This document shows positions 29,542 to 39,082 of a stretch of 64,000 nucleotides of DNA, in pieces. The notes under the pieces are model-generated. The model saw only the letters and a program-made list of their open reading frames with translations. It searched no databases and was not told the DNA's origin. Made by a program: the position numbers and the translations under genes. The DNA lies in NCBI GenBank assembly GCA_964560845.1, contig CAZLMY010000007.1, positions 6,815 through 70,814 on the forward strand. The letters run 5' to 3'. Each line of letters opens with the position of its first letter. Within the stretch, counting starts at the first letter, position 1. This DNA is from an uncultured Terracidiphilus sp. Lineage in GTDB: Bacteria; Acidobacteriota; Terriglobia; Terriglobales; Acidobacteriaceae.

Positions 29542-30138
29542 TCATAGACTTCCGGTGGGGACTGCGCCGGCTCGCTCGTAATTCACGAGAATCACGCCTT
29601 TTGAGGTGACCGTGCTTTCCGTCACCTTGAATGCCGCCGGGATCGTTCCATCGGCAAACAATCGTTTCCCACTGCCCAGCGTGATTGGAAATACCTTCAG
29701 CCAGAACGCATCGACCAAATCATTCTTCATAAGGGTCTGAACCAGAGTTGCGCTTCCATACACGTGCAAATCAGGCCCTTCCTGCTGTTTGAGTTCGATG
29801 ATTTGTTCGGCAATGTCTCCGTTGAGAAAGACCGTTGGCTGCCATTCGTGGGAAGTGACGGTATTTGAAGCCACGTACTTGGTAGCTGTGTTGACGGCCG
29901 GCCAAATGTCACCATGTTGTGGCCAGAATTGTGACCAAAGGTCGAAGGTTCTGCGCCCCAACAGCAAGTCAAACGGCAGGTTCATCTGCTTTTTCATGGC
30001 CGCTCCGCTTACAGCGTCTGAATGGGGGCCGATCCACCCGCCATACGCGAAGCCTCCGCTGGTATCTTCCTGTGGGCCGCCTGGGGCCTGCACGACCCCA
30101 TCCAGGGAGACAAACTCGAGCACATTGATTTTTCTCAT
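29542..30138 (-). CDS. Dihydrofolate-reductase-family (RibD C-terminal domain) protein
   Basis: [22 protein letters not shown]...[13 protein letters not shown]...[10 protein letters not shown]. Confidence 0.85.
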   Translation of the reverse strand: MRKINVLEFVSLDGVVQAPGGPQEDTSGGFAYGGWIGPHSDAVSGAAMKKQMNLPFDLLLGRRTFDLWSQFWPQHGDIWPAVNTATKYVASNTVTSHEWQPTVFLNGDIAEQIIELKQQEGPDLHVYGSATLVQTLMKNDLVDAFWLKVFPITLGSGKRLFADGTIPAAFKVTESTVTSKGVILVNYERAGAVPTGSL

Positions 30139-30307
30139 CTCCGCGTTCCTTTCGAGTCCTATTTGCTTTTTGTCGCAGCAGCCAAAACAGAGGTATTCAC
30201 TGTTTTTCTCTTCATAGCGTATGGAACGAACCGGCAGCAGAACGGTGCGCCGGCTCGTTCATCCCGTCACCGCGGAGCTTGATCCCAAGCCGCGGTGCGA
30301 AGGTTGT

Positions 30308-30685
30308 TTACTTGCTTTCGCCAGGTTCCAGTTCCGGAGCCGGGAAGAAAAGAAGCTCGCGCACCTCGCCAACCGCATCGCAGAAGATGGCACCCTTGCG
30401 CGCCCACGCGAGGGCCTCGTCCATATCGGCGCATTCCAGTATCCAAAATCCGCCCATGTGTTCCTTGGTCTCGGTGTACGGCCCGTCGGTAACGAGCACT
30501 TTGCGGTCGGGCTGGACCCGCAGCGTTTTCGCGCTGGCAGCCGGGGAAATGCCGCAGGCGAACTTCCTCACGCCGGCAGCAATCAATTCGCGGTTGAGAG
30601 CGTGGATCTCCTCGATCATCGCTTCGGTTACGACGGACGGGTCGAAGTCGTCGGGTAGGTAGTTAGCAACCAGATACTGTGGCAT
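30308..30685 (-). CDS. YCII-related (DGPF) domain protein
   Basis: VTDGPYTETKEHMGGFWILECADMDEALAWA. AGGAGA SD. Confidence 0.85.
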   Translation of the reverse strand: MPQYLVANYLPDDFDPSVVTEAMIEEIHALNRELIAAGVRKFACGISPAASAKTLRVQPDRKVLVTDGPYTETKEHMGGFWILECADMDEALAWARKGAIFCDAVGEVRELLFFPAPELEPGESK

Positions 30686-30746
30686 ATTCTCTCCTTTGTT
30701 CTGTGTCGGTATTCGGGCGAACCGATAGCCCTGCCTTCACCCTATA

Positions 30747-30773
30747 GTCGAACGGCCTGGCCTGAATTCGACA
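30747..30773 (-). promoter_or_regulatory. Candidate ECF42-type promoter upstream of the YCII gene
   Basis: Minus strand reads TGTCGA-attcaggccaggccgtt(17 nt)-CGAC, about 60 nt upstream of ATG 30685. As I recall it, the published ECF42 target motif is TGTCGA (-35) and CGA/TC (-10). Confidence 0.45.
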
Positions 30774-30836
30774 CATCCACCAAAGAATTCTGCTTCTTTT
30801 GCGTTTTGCTCGAGGCGACCGGAGGTGACCGCTCCA

Positions 30837-31676
30837 TCAATGCTTGGCGTGGACAACGCGAACACCAAGGTGTCCGGGCGCGAGTCCTTGAACCGCGTCA
30901 CCGAACCTGGACGCGATCTGCTCGAAACCGATATCTTCAATGTCACTAAACCCGTGCGTGCGCAGAAACGCTGCCATGTCCTCCGGCACGAAGCGGCTGG
31001 CCGAACGCTCCCCAATCTTCTCAAGCTGCTCGGTCCGCTGCTTTTCCAATTGCCTTAACTCTTCAGAGAACGCCTCGGGAGGTTCCATGTAGTCGAATAC
31101 CACCTCCGAGTCCTGGATGGACGTCATGTAGTCCAGAGTGCGGCCAATAGCGTCCTGTGTCAGATAGGGCACAACTCCGAGCCAGGTGAAAAATGCGGGC
31201 GAGTTCTGCTGAAATTCTGCAGCGGCGAGCTTCTCTCCCACATCTTCCCGATCGAAATCGACCGGCACGAGAACAAGCCCGGCCGGAAGTGCGATTTGAG
31301 CATCGGCCAGGCGTTCGAGCTTACCGGCCTGCGTTGCGGGGTGGTCCAGCTCGTAGATACGGATCTCCAGCGCGCTATGGGGATTCCGGAGCGCGAACGT
31401 GTCGAGTCCGGCGCCAAGGATGACGATCTGGCGAACCCCTCGTTCGACGGCCTTCGCCAACGCATCTTCCGCGATCCGGGCTCGCGCGGCGTTGAACAGA
31501 CGTCCAAGACTGGCTGCGGGATGTGCGTTCGCAAATTGGAGCACGTCGTCTTCGTCCTCACCCAGAATCTTCATGGCAAATGGGTCACGGAGGATTGAGC
31601 CCCGATCGAGGAGCTGATGAGCAGCTCGTTGGCGGGCGGGTATCAGGGCTGTGCGGCTGGGCTCGTTCGGCTTCAT
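30837..31676 (-). CDS. Class I SAM-dependent methyltransferase (LCM / TIGR00027-like)
   Basis: SRTALIPARQRAAH...RQIVILGAGLDTFALR (GxGxD SAM-binding loop). Confidence 0.8.
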   Translation of the reverse strand: MKPNEPSRTALIPARQRAAHQLLDRGSILRDPFAMKILGEDEDDVLQFANAHPAASLGRLFNAARARIAEDALAKAVERGVRQIVILGAGLDTFALRNPHSALEIRIYELDHPATQAGKLERLADAQIALPAGLVLVPVDFDREDVGEKLAAAEFQQNSPAFFTWLGVVPYLTQDAIGRTLDYMTSIQDSEVVFDYMEPPEAFSEELRQLEKQRTEQLEKIGERSASRFVPEDMAAFLRTHGFSDIEDIGFEQIASRFGDAVQGLAPGHLGVRVVHAKH

Positions 31677-31761
31677 CTTCGAGGTCTCCGTTCTTATTCA
31701 TAACCGATCGCTAACTGATCGCACGAGTTGCCGAGGGCCAGGTTCGCGCCGTGAGATTCTC

Positions 31762-33009
31762 TTACTTCAGCTGTCGGATCCGCTCTTGCAGGAATTGCCG
31801 CTCGGGTTCCTGTTCGGTCAGGGCCAGGGCCTTCTCATAAGAGGACCGCGCCTCGCCTGCCTTGCCGAGTCTGCGGTACATATCCGCACGGGCTGAATGC
31901 GCCAGGTAGTAGTTTGCCAATTCGCCTTGTTCCAACACCGCGTCGATATGCGTTAGACCTGCCTCCGGGCCATCGCGCATGGCAATTGCGACGGCACGAT
32001 TGAGATGGACAACCGGCGACGGCTGAATTCGTACCAACTGGTCGTAAATCGCGACAATTTGCCGCCAGTCGGTTTCAGCGACCGACTGCGCCTCCGCATG
32101 AACGGCCGCAATCGCAGCCTGTAGCGTATACGAGCCGAAGCGGCGGGACTCCAAGGCTTTCTCCAGCAATGCCACTCCCTCCGCGATCTGTTTGCTGTTC
32201 CAGCGCGAGCGGTCTTGATTCTCCAGCAAGATCAGCTCCCCGGTCGGAGAGGTTCTTGCGGCATGGCGGGATTCCTGGATCAACATCAAGGAGAGGAGCC
32301 CCATGACTTCCGGCTCTGGCTGAAGGTCGACCAGCAGCCGGCCCAGCCGAATCGCCTCGCCGGTCAGTTCGGCGCGCGTTACTTCCGCGCCCGCCGCTGC
32401 CGAATAGCCCTCGTTAAAGACGAGATAGATGACCTGGAGCACAGCGCCGAGCCGCTCCGGCAATTCCTGCGGCGCCGGCACCTCGTAGGGCACCTTTGCC
32501 TCTCGAATCTTTGCCTTTGCGCGCACAATGCGCTGGGCCAGCGTGCGGGGAGCGATGAGGAAGGCCTTTGCGATTTCCTCTGTTGTCAGTCCGCAGACCT
32601 CGTGCAAGGTGAGCGCAACGTGCGCTTCCGGCGAGAGGGCGGGATGGCAGCAGGTAAAGATGAGGCGGAGCCGGTCGTCCTCGATTCCTTCGTCCTCGAG
32701 GAACTCCACGTTGACGTACGGCTCGACGTGGAGCGCAGGGTCTTTCTGAGCGCTGTCGAAGCGCGCCCGCCGGCGCATTCCGTCTATCGCTTTGAAGCGC
32801 GCGGCTGAAATGAGCCAAGGGCGCGGTTTAGCCGGTATGCCGGTCTGAGGCCAGGTGACCAAAGCAGCGGCAAAGGCCTCGTGCATGGCCTCCTCGGCGA
32901 CATCGAGATCCCCGAGCATCCGCACCAGGGTAGCAAGAATCCTGCCCGATTCGGACCGGTAAAGCGCCTCTATGGTTCGGCTGAGCTGTTCTTGGACATT
33001 CTGCTCCAT
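31762..33009 (-). CDS. ECF sigma factor with long C-terminal TPR-like extension (ECF42-type)
   Basis: From ATG 33009: MEQNVQEQLSRTIEALYRSESGRILATLVRMLGDLDVAEEAMHEAF...WLISAARFKAIDGMRRR (region 2) and LTTEEIAKAFLIAPRTLAQRIVRAK (region 4 HTH). About 220 extra C-terminal residues. Flanked by YCII genes. Confidence 0.85.
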   Translation of the reverse strand: MEQNVQEQLSRTIEALYRSESGRILATLVRMLGDLDVAEEAMHEAFAAALVTWPQTGIPAKPRPWLISAARFKAIDGMRRRARFDSAQKDPALHVEPYVNVEFLEDEGIEDDRLRLIFTCCHPALSPEAHVALTLHEVCGLTTEEIAKAFLIAPRTLAQRIVRAKAKIREAKVPYEVPAPQELPERLGAVLQVIYLVFNEGYSAAAGAEVTRAELTGEAIRLGRLLVDLQPEPEVMGLLSLMLIQESRHAARTSPTGELILLENQDRSRWNSKQIAEGVALLEKALESRRFGSYTLQAAIAAVHAEAQSVAETDWRQIVAIYDQLVRIQPSPVVHLNRAVAIAMRDGPEAGLTHIDAVLEQGELANYYLAHSARADMYRRLGKAGEARSSYEKALALTEQEPERQFLQERIRQLK

Positions 33010-33279
33010 GCACGTCAAGCTAACAAACGAACGCACGCGACACAACTGCATCCGATCGCAGCTTATCCACCGTTCAGGAAAGGCCAATGCGCCGATGAAG
33101 GACCGTCTGTGCCGGCACACCAGCACAGGCCCTGGCAACGCCTAGCAGAGCCACTCAGCCCCGTTGCTCCCCTCAACGAAAGAATTCTGCGGCAATGTGA
33201 TCGAGTCCGGCACAATTCGTCGCTTACGGAGATGAAGGCCGAGTTCAGATCAACTGAAACGCGCCGTTGAGGAGAGGTC

Positions 33280-35016
33280 ATGAATCGCATCTTGAACAAG
33301 TCTCTGCTGTACAAACTCTGCAATTTCCTTCTCTGCCTGGTGGTTCCAGCCTTGACGGTTGGCTCATCTTCCGCACAAACCGCGCCCACAAACCCCGCGT
33401 GGGTGAACGGAGCGACGTACCAGGTGGGAGCCATCGTCTCCTATCTGGGTTACGACTACAAGGCGCTGGTGTATCAGACGGACTGGGTGGGCGCGAACTG
33501 GGACCCGGCGGATTCGCCGACCCTGTGGTCAAAGATGGGACCCGACGGACCCGCGCCAACTCCGCAGCCAACGCCAACCCCTACGCTGCTGCCGCCTGGA
33601 TGCGATGCGCTTTGGGTGGCCGGGACCGCCTACCTGGGCGGAGCGACGGTGAGCTACAACGGCATCAACTACCAGGCAAACTGGTGGACCCAAGGCAATG
33701 AGCCCGACACCAGCAACGGCGTGAGCGGCAGCGGCCAGCCCTGGACCATCATTCCCGGATGCAACGGGTCCGTTCCAGTCACGGTGCCGCCTGTTCCGGT
33801 TACAACCCCCCCGCCGCCTGTGTCCACACCCCCTACACCTCCTACGCCGCCAACGCCTAATCCCTCAGACGGTTCTACCGGCACCATCAACTTTCACTTG
33901 CTGCTGGGCGTCGGCTCGGCGCAAGACAGCCTCACGCTGACAGGCGGCAACTACACCGATCTCATCGAGTCGAACATCATTGCCGGCGTGATGATGGGCC
34001 ATCTGATCGGCGAAGACTACCCCGGCATCCAGTTCAACAAGGACTACCTTTATGGGTCGATCATGGGCCAGCTGTTGCAAGAGAACATTGAAACCGAGCT
34101 CTATGTTTCGACCGGAACGCAGATCGATCCTTCTCCCGATCAGGCCGCCGTCATGGGGCAGGGGCAGGGCGGTCCGTACCAGATCAATAACTATGCCGCG
34201 GATATGGTATCGGGAACCTACGATCCTGAAGGTCACTCGCTTATCAACTATATTGCGTTGCAGAATAGCATCGGCTACACCTTTGCAACTGCTGCGCAAC
34301 AGCACCTGCTGAACACTCCGGCGTCGTTCAATGACAAGTATTACGGACCGATGCTGACAGGCTATTTCCACTACAACGATTTCGTTGCATTGATTGTGAC
34401 CGGCAAGGGGCCGGGTGGCTGGACAACGCCCTGGGAACCGGCCTACGACAAGGCCTTGGCAAACTTTACCAACCTTCCCGGCAACTTCCTGGATATACTG
34501 CTGAACGCGGCATATAACCAGGGATACTATGGCCCATTGGTGAGTTACTACAGCGTGCTCGGTTCCACGGCGACTGCGTCCACAGTCGCTTCGGTCGATG
34601 ACTTTGCATCGGTATGGGGCAACTCGGATAGCTACCATCAGTATCCGTACCAGGTTCGTTACTATCTGGACCAGCTTTACGACAATCCGATTCCGACGGC
34701 TGGACCGGAGACGCTGGTGACGCCGCAGAATCAGGTCGATTTCTCAATGGCCTCCCTGCAGACGGTCTTCACCAACGTGTTTACCAAACTCTCCTACGCC
34801 GGCAGCAACAATCAGTTGGAAGCGATTTCGGCAGACCAGGCACAAGCTGCGTTCGGTGCGGCTCTCACGCAGGCAGGGTTGTCGTCAAGCGCGACGCTCA
34901 GCCTGAGCAATGCGTCGGACCGCGGCCAGATTTTCACGCTGCTTGAAGACGCAATCTCACAACTAGAAGCAGTTACCGGGATGCAGTTCAACGCAACTTC
35001 GAACGGGCAGCTCTAG
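33280..35016 (+). CDS. Secreted protein: 2 x CBM5/12-like chitin-binding modules + Pro/Thr linker + uncharacterised lysozyme-like C-terminal domain
   Basis: GGAGAGG SD and a signal peptide. AWVNGATYQVGAIVSYLGYDYKALVYQTDW...WDP and LWVAGTAYLGGATVSYNGINYQANWWTQGNEP are CBM5/12-like. The C-domain carries ES (230-231), GGPYQI (297-302) and AAYNQG (410-415). Confidence 0.75.
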   Translation: MNRILNKSLLYKLCNFLLCLVVPALTVGSSSAQTAPTNPAWVNGATYQVGAIVSYLGYDYKALVYQTDWVGANWDPADSPTLWSKMGPDGPAPTPQPTPTPTLLPPGCDALWVAGTAYLGGATVSYNGINYQANWWTQGNEPDTSNGVSGSGQPWTIIPGCNGSVPVTVPPVPVTTPPPPVSTPPTPPTPPTPNPSDGSTGTINFHLLLGVGSAQDSLTLTGGNYTDLIESNIIAGVMMGHLIGEDYPGIQFNKDYLYGSIMGQLLQENIETELYVSTGTQIDPSPDQAAVMGQGQGGPYQINNYAADMVSGTYDPEGHSLINYIALQNSIGYTFATAAQQHLLNTPASFNDKYYGPMLTGYFHYNDFVALIVTGKGPGGWTTPWEPAYDKALANFTNLPGNFLDILLNAAYNQGYYGPLVSYYSVLGSTATASTVASVDDFASVWGNSDSYHQYPYQVRYYLDQLYDNPIPTAGPETLVTPQNQVDFSMASLQTVFTNVFTKLSYAGSNNQLEAISADQAQAAFGAALTQAGLSSSATLSLSNASDRGQIFTLLEDAISQLEAVTGMQFNATSNGQL

Positions 35017-35038
35017 AGCCATTGCGAGGAGCCTTCAC

Positions 35039-35066
35039 CCCAGCGACGAAACCCTGTCGTTGGGGA
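35039..35066. terminator. Hairpin between convergent genes (bidirectional terminator candidate)
   Basis: CCCCAGCGAC-gaaaccct-GTCGTTGGGG, a 10-bp stem including one G-U pair. Confidence 0.45.
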
Positions 35067-35126
35067 CCCCGGAAATGTTTCCCCAAAGATACCGTACCTG
35101 AATTATGAAAGCCGATGGTCACAGTA

Positions 35127-37865
35127 TTAGGACCGGTTGCGCGCTTGGGCCAGCATACCTTCTGCTTTGCGGATTGTCGGCGAGCCGGGCGGCAGAGTCT
35201 TCACACGAATGGCGACTGCTTCAGCCAGTAGCGGTTCCGCTTCCCGCTTTCGTCCCTCCTGCAAGAGCAAGGTTGCCAGCGCCTCCAATGCCTTTGCAAT
35301 CGATGGATGACCGGCGGGAAGCGAGCCTCTGAACACAGCGAGCGCATGTTTGAAGGTGGTTTCCGCTTCGGCATTTTGGTGACTCGCCATTTCGAGCCTG
35401 CCAAGAGCAAGGTATGAAGCCGCGGTTTCAGGATGCGTTTCTCCATACTTCTTTCGGCGAATGGCCAAGGCGGAATCCAACAATTGTTTTGCCTCTACCA
35501 ACTTGCCGCGCTCCACAAGAAGCTTTCCCAAGTTGCCTTTGGCGCGAGCCACGAGTGGACTGTCCGGCGCAAGCAACTTTTCGCGCAGCTCAAGCGACTT
35601 GCGAAAGAGCGGCTCTGCCTTGTCATACAGCCCGCGGTCTTCATAAAGAGAGGCCAGGTTGTTTTCGTCGATGGCAACCGACCGGCTCTCCGGTCCCAAT
35701 GCATCCGTTTGAATGGACAAGGCGTCCCCGTAAAGTTGTTCCGCTTCGTCGAACTCACCCTTGTCTTCAAGGAGGCTTGCCAGATCTCCCTCGGTCATGC
35801 CGAGCGAGTTGTGACGGGGTCCAAGCACTTTACGGCGGAGGGCGATAGACTGGCGAAAGAGGCTCTCTGCCTCATCGTATTTACCCAGCGCGTTTAGCAG
35901 TTCGCCCAGTATGGTCATGGCCTGTGCTGTCTCCGGATGATCTTCGCCAAGATCGGACTTGGCAATGGCCAACATGCGGCGGGCCTTGATCTCTGCGGCG
36001 GCAAAGTCTCCATTTTCCTGCAGCAGGTGGGTATCGTTGGCGAGCACCCACACCATGTCCTCGCTGGTTTGACCCGGTAACTTATCGAGTATCGCAATCG
36101 CCTGCTCAAAGAGCGCCTCAGCCTGACGCGGATCTCCCTTGTATAGCTCAATCAGCCCCAGTTCATTCAGCGCCTGCGCAGTCTCCCGACTACGTGGTCC
36201 GGTCAGAGATTGGCGCAATGCGAGCGCTTTCTTTGCCATTTTCTCCGCCTCGGCATTCTGTCCGTTCTGGTCAAGTACCGAAGCCAGGTCATAGAGCCCG
36301 GTTGCGGTTTCAATCGAGTTATCTCCAGACACTTTCCGGCGAAGGTCGAGCGACTGCTTCAAGAGCTGTTCGGCACGGTTGAAGACACCGAGGCTCTCAT
36401 AGACACGCCCCAATGTAGAAAAGAGACTGGCCTGGATTTCCGGTTCCTTGTTCAGAGTCTGACTGACTTCCATGCTTCCGCGATCGAGCAGTTGCCGCGC
36501 TGTGGGATTTGTGCCTCGCGCGCTTTCCGGGTCGGCACCGACGAAGACACTTTCCAAAAGATGAGAGACGCGCCCGGATCTTTCCAATTGCATCTGCGCC
36601 TGGTTGCGCTGCTGCTGCAGCCGTTTGGCGAGCACGGCCATGCCAATGCTGAAGCCAACAATCAAGAGCAATGCAAGCGTTGCCCCCGCAACTCCCCAGC
36701 GATGTCTGCCGACAAACTTCGAGGCATGGTAGGCAAAGGAACTGGAGCGGGCCTGAACCGGGAATCCGCCCAGATAGCGCTCGATATCTTCTTGAAATGC
36801 CTCGACGGAGGAGTAGCGCCGCTGCGGGTCTTTCTCTAGCGCGACCAGCAGAATCGTGTCAAGATCGTGGGCCGACGCCTTGCTCAGCTTGAGCCACGCG
36901 CCCGTCTCGCGGGCCGCCATGCTGGGCCGCGTCGGGGCGGTGTCGCAGATCTCGCGTTCAATGTCGGAGGCGCGTGTGCTGCCGATATGCAGGGGCATGC
37001 GTTCTGTGAGTAACTTATAGAGCAGCACGCCCAGAGAATACACGTCAGAAAGGGTGGTGATGGGCTCGCCGCGCGCCTGCTCCGGGCTGGCGTAGCCTGG
37101 AGTCATGAGACGCTCCGCGGCGATGGTAAGGTTCCGCATCGAGGCCGGCGTGGAGGACGCGGCATCGCTGGTGAGTAACTTGGCGATGCCAAAATCGAGC
37201 AGCTTCGGATCGCCGCCGGCAGTAACAAGGACATTTTCCGGTTTGATGTCGCGGTGGACAATCAAATTGCGATGCGCGTAACTGACCGCGTCGGCAATTC
37301 GGCAGAACAGAACAAGCCGTTCACGAATGCTGAGTCGATGGCGAGCGCAGTAAATGTCGACGGGCACTCCGTCAACATATTCCATGACCACATAGGGCCA
37401 CCCCGCGGCCGTGTCTCCGCCGTCGAGCAAGCCGGCAATACCGGGGTGTTCCAGGTTGGCGAGGATTTGCCGTTCGGTGCGAAAGCGCTCCACGGTTGAG
37501 CGGCTCATGAATTCAGACCGCATCAGTTTGATGGCCACATGTTTTTGGAACTGATCGTCGGCTCGCAGCGCAAGGTACACGACGCCCATGCCGCCCTGGC
37601 CCAATTCTCTGACAATCTCGTATTGCCCAATCCGCTCGCCGATGGCAAGGCCTGTAACACCGGCCGCTTCTTTTGAGATGACGCCATCGATGATTTGTTG
37701 CGACTCGTTGCTGCAAAGGATGAGGGACTCAACCTGGCGGCGCAACTCGTCTTCTCCGGCACATGCCTGGTCGAGATACTTTTTGCGTGCGGAAGGGTTC
37801 ATCTCTGCGGCAGCGTGAAACAGAGACTCCAGCCGTTGCCAATATTCCGATGAGATTGAGGCCAT
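35127..37865 (-). CDS. Transmembrane Ser/Thr protein kinase with C-terminal TPR array
   Basis: GQGGMGVVYLA, VAIKLM, HRDIKPENVL, DFGIAK, GYASPEQ. TM WGVAGATLALLLIVGFSIGMAVL. At least 8 TPR-like repeats. Start taken at ATG 37865 (GGAGGG upstream), with an alternative at 37961. Confidence 0.9.
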   Translation of the reverse strand: MASISSEYWQRLESLFHAAAEMNPSARKKYLDQACAGEDELRRQVESLILCSNESQQIIDGVISKEAAGVTGLAIGERIGQYEIVRELGQGGMGVVYLALRADDQFQKHVAIKLMRSEFMSRSTVERFRTERQILANLEHPGIAGLLDGGDTAAGWPYVVMEYVDGVPVDIYCARHRLSIRERLVLFCRIADAVSYAHRNLIVHRDIKPENVLVTAGGDPKLLDFGIAKLLTSDAASSTPASMRNLTIAAERLMTPGYASPEQARGEPITTLSDVYSLGVLLYKLLTERMPLHIGSTRASDIEREICDTAPTRPSMAARETGAWLKLSKASAHDLDTILLVALEKDPQRRYSSVEAFQEDIERYLGGFPVQARSSSFAYHASKFVGRHRWGVAGATLALLLIVGFSIGMAVLAKRLQQQRNQAQMQLERSGRVSHLLESVFVGADPESARGTNPTARQLLDRGSMEVSQTLNKEPEIQASLFSTLGRVYESLGVFNRAEQLLKQSLDLRRKVSGDNSIETATGLYDLASVLDQNGQNAEAEKMAKKALALRQSLTGPRSRETAQALNELGLIELYKGDPRQAEALFEQAIAILDKLPGQTSEDMVWVLANDTHLLQENGDFAAAEIKARRMLAIAKSDLGEDHPETAQAMTILGELLNALGKYDEAESLFRQSIALRRKVLGPRHNSLGMTEGDLASLLEDKGEFDEAEQLYGDALSIQTDALGPESRSVAIDENNLASLYEDRGLYDKAEPLFRKSLELREKLLAPDSPLVARAKGNLGKLLVERGKLVEAKQLLDSALAIRRKKYGETHPETAASYLALGRLEMASHQNAEAETTFKHALAVFRGSLPAGHPSIAKALEALATLLLQEGRKREAEPLLAEAVAIRVKTLPPGSPTIRKAEGMLAQARNRS

Positions 37866-37964
37866 GTTCCCTCCAGTATTCGCTTGATGGCTTTGCGGCA
37901 AGATTGGATGCGGTTCTGGAAGCGAGGTGAATGGAATGGGTTCCTTTGGAACTGGCTGCACGAG

Positions 37965-38558
37965 TTATGCTTCGGTTGCGGATCCTCCGGATTTCAATTC
38001 GCGTTGCAGCCAGGCGCGCGCCATCTTCCATTCTCGTCCGATGGTGGCGGTGGATATGTTGAGGATGACGGCAGACTCCTCGGTCGTGAGTCCGCCAAAG
38101 CAAATCAGATCCACCAACTGGGCCTTGCGTTCATCCACCTGCTTCAGCTTATCCAGCGCTTCCTGCACGGCCAGCATGTCCATCGAGTCTGCGTCGGAGA
38201 TGCGATGGAAGTCGTCGAGCGTCACCCGCTGCAGCATTGCTCCGCCGCGCTTGTCGCGGCTGCGTGCCCGGGCATGGTCCACCAGTACACGGCGCATCTC
38301 AGTGGATGCCATAGCGATGAAGTGGGCGCGGTCATGGAGACAGAGATCGCCTCCCATCAATCGCAGATAGGCTTCATGCACAAGGCCTGTAGGAGAGAGG
38401 GTGTGGTCGGGGCGTTCCTTGCGCATGTAGGCCGAAGCGAGACGGCGCAGATTGGCATAGACCAGGGCGGCAAGCTCTTCGCCAGCCTGCGGGTCGCCAT
38501 CGCGCCAGCGAACCAGAAGCGCCTTGGTGGCCGAATCGGGGTTTGGTGCTTCCTTCAT
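37965..38558 (-). CDS. ECF sigma factor (TIGR02999-like; kinase-associated, ECF43-like context)
   Basis: From ATG 38558: MKEAPNPDSATKALLVRWRDGDPQAGEELAALVYANLRRLA...HEAYLRL (region 2) and LTTEESAVILNISTATIGREWKMARAWL (region 4). Confidence 0.88.
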   Translation of the reverse strand: MKEAPNPDSATKALLVRWRDGDPQAGEELAALVYANLRRLASAYMRKERPDHTLSPTGLVHEAYLRLMGGDLCLHDRAHFIAMASTEMRRVLVDHARARSRDKRGGAMLQRVTLDDFHRISDADSMDMLAVQEALDKLKQVDERKAQLVDLICFGGLTTEESAVILNISTATIGREWKMARAWLQRELKSGGSATEA

Positions 38559-39082
38559 CGCGTGCAGGATAGCACCTGAAGCAGTCCTGCGGAAGAGCCG
38601 ATCGCGGAGGATTCGATGTCGCCACTGCCGACGTCTTCCAGAATCGTCGCTCCAGACTTTCTGGCTCAGCAATTGCAGGTGCCGCACAAGGCTCATCGTA
38701 ACTCCGAGCGGAAAACCGACGGCCAGGAGTTACGAAGACCAACTGCGTCCCGCGCACGCTTGAGGACGTCGCCGGCATTCCTGCGTCGTCCACTCAATAC
38801 TCTCAATTTCCGTTTGCGACGTCATTGTTCACGACGAACATTAACTTCCGTGGAGTAAAATTGCGTATTCAATGCCGAACTCTTGTAAGTGGGATTCGTT
38901 TTGTGCCCGGCGATGCCTACGCGATCGCACACACTTGTACGGAAATCGGGCGCGTCTCGGAACCGGGGGCTGCTTTGCCGCGCCTTCGATTGCGATTCCC
39001 GCAGTCCTCGAGGCAAGAGAACAGCCGACAGGAGCTGTAAGATTCCAAGAAGTCTGGATGAATCGGAAGGGACTCAAGCCCA

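Noticed and set aside
26608-31700. Apparently AT-richer segment considered as a genomic island
   Set aside because: GC was judged only by eye. I see no integrase, tRNA, flanking direct repeats or mobility genes. The ECF42/YCII module is a common chromosomal cluster. This needs a computed GC/codon profile before any claim.
33010-33060. TGTCGC motif just upstream of the ECF42 sigma start, considered as an autoregulatory ECF42 promoter
   Set aside because: It is an imperfect -35 with no CGAC/CGTC at a 15-18 nt spacing. It lies only about 30 nt from the ATG.
37866-37961. Upstream ATG at 37961 as the kinase start (4 nt from the sigma stop)
   Set aside because: The extra 32 residues (MQPVPKEPIPFTSLPEPHPILPQSHQANTGGN) are Pro-rich and non-conserved-looking. 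ATG 37865 has a GGAGGG SD and gives the usual ...YWQRLESLF... kinase N-terminus. This remains unresolved without homologues.
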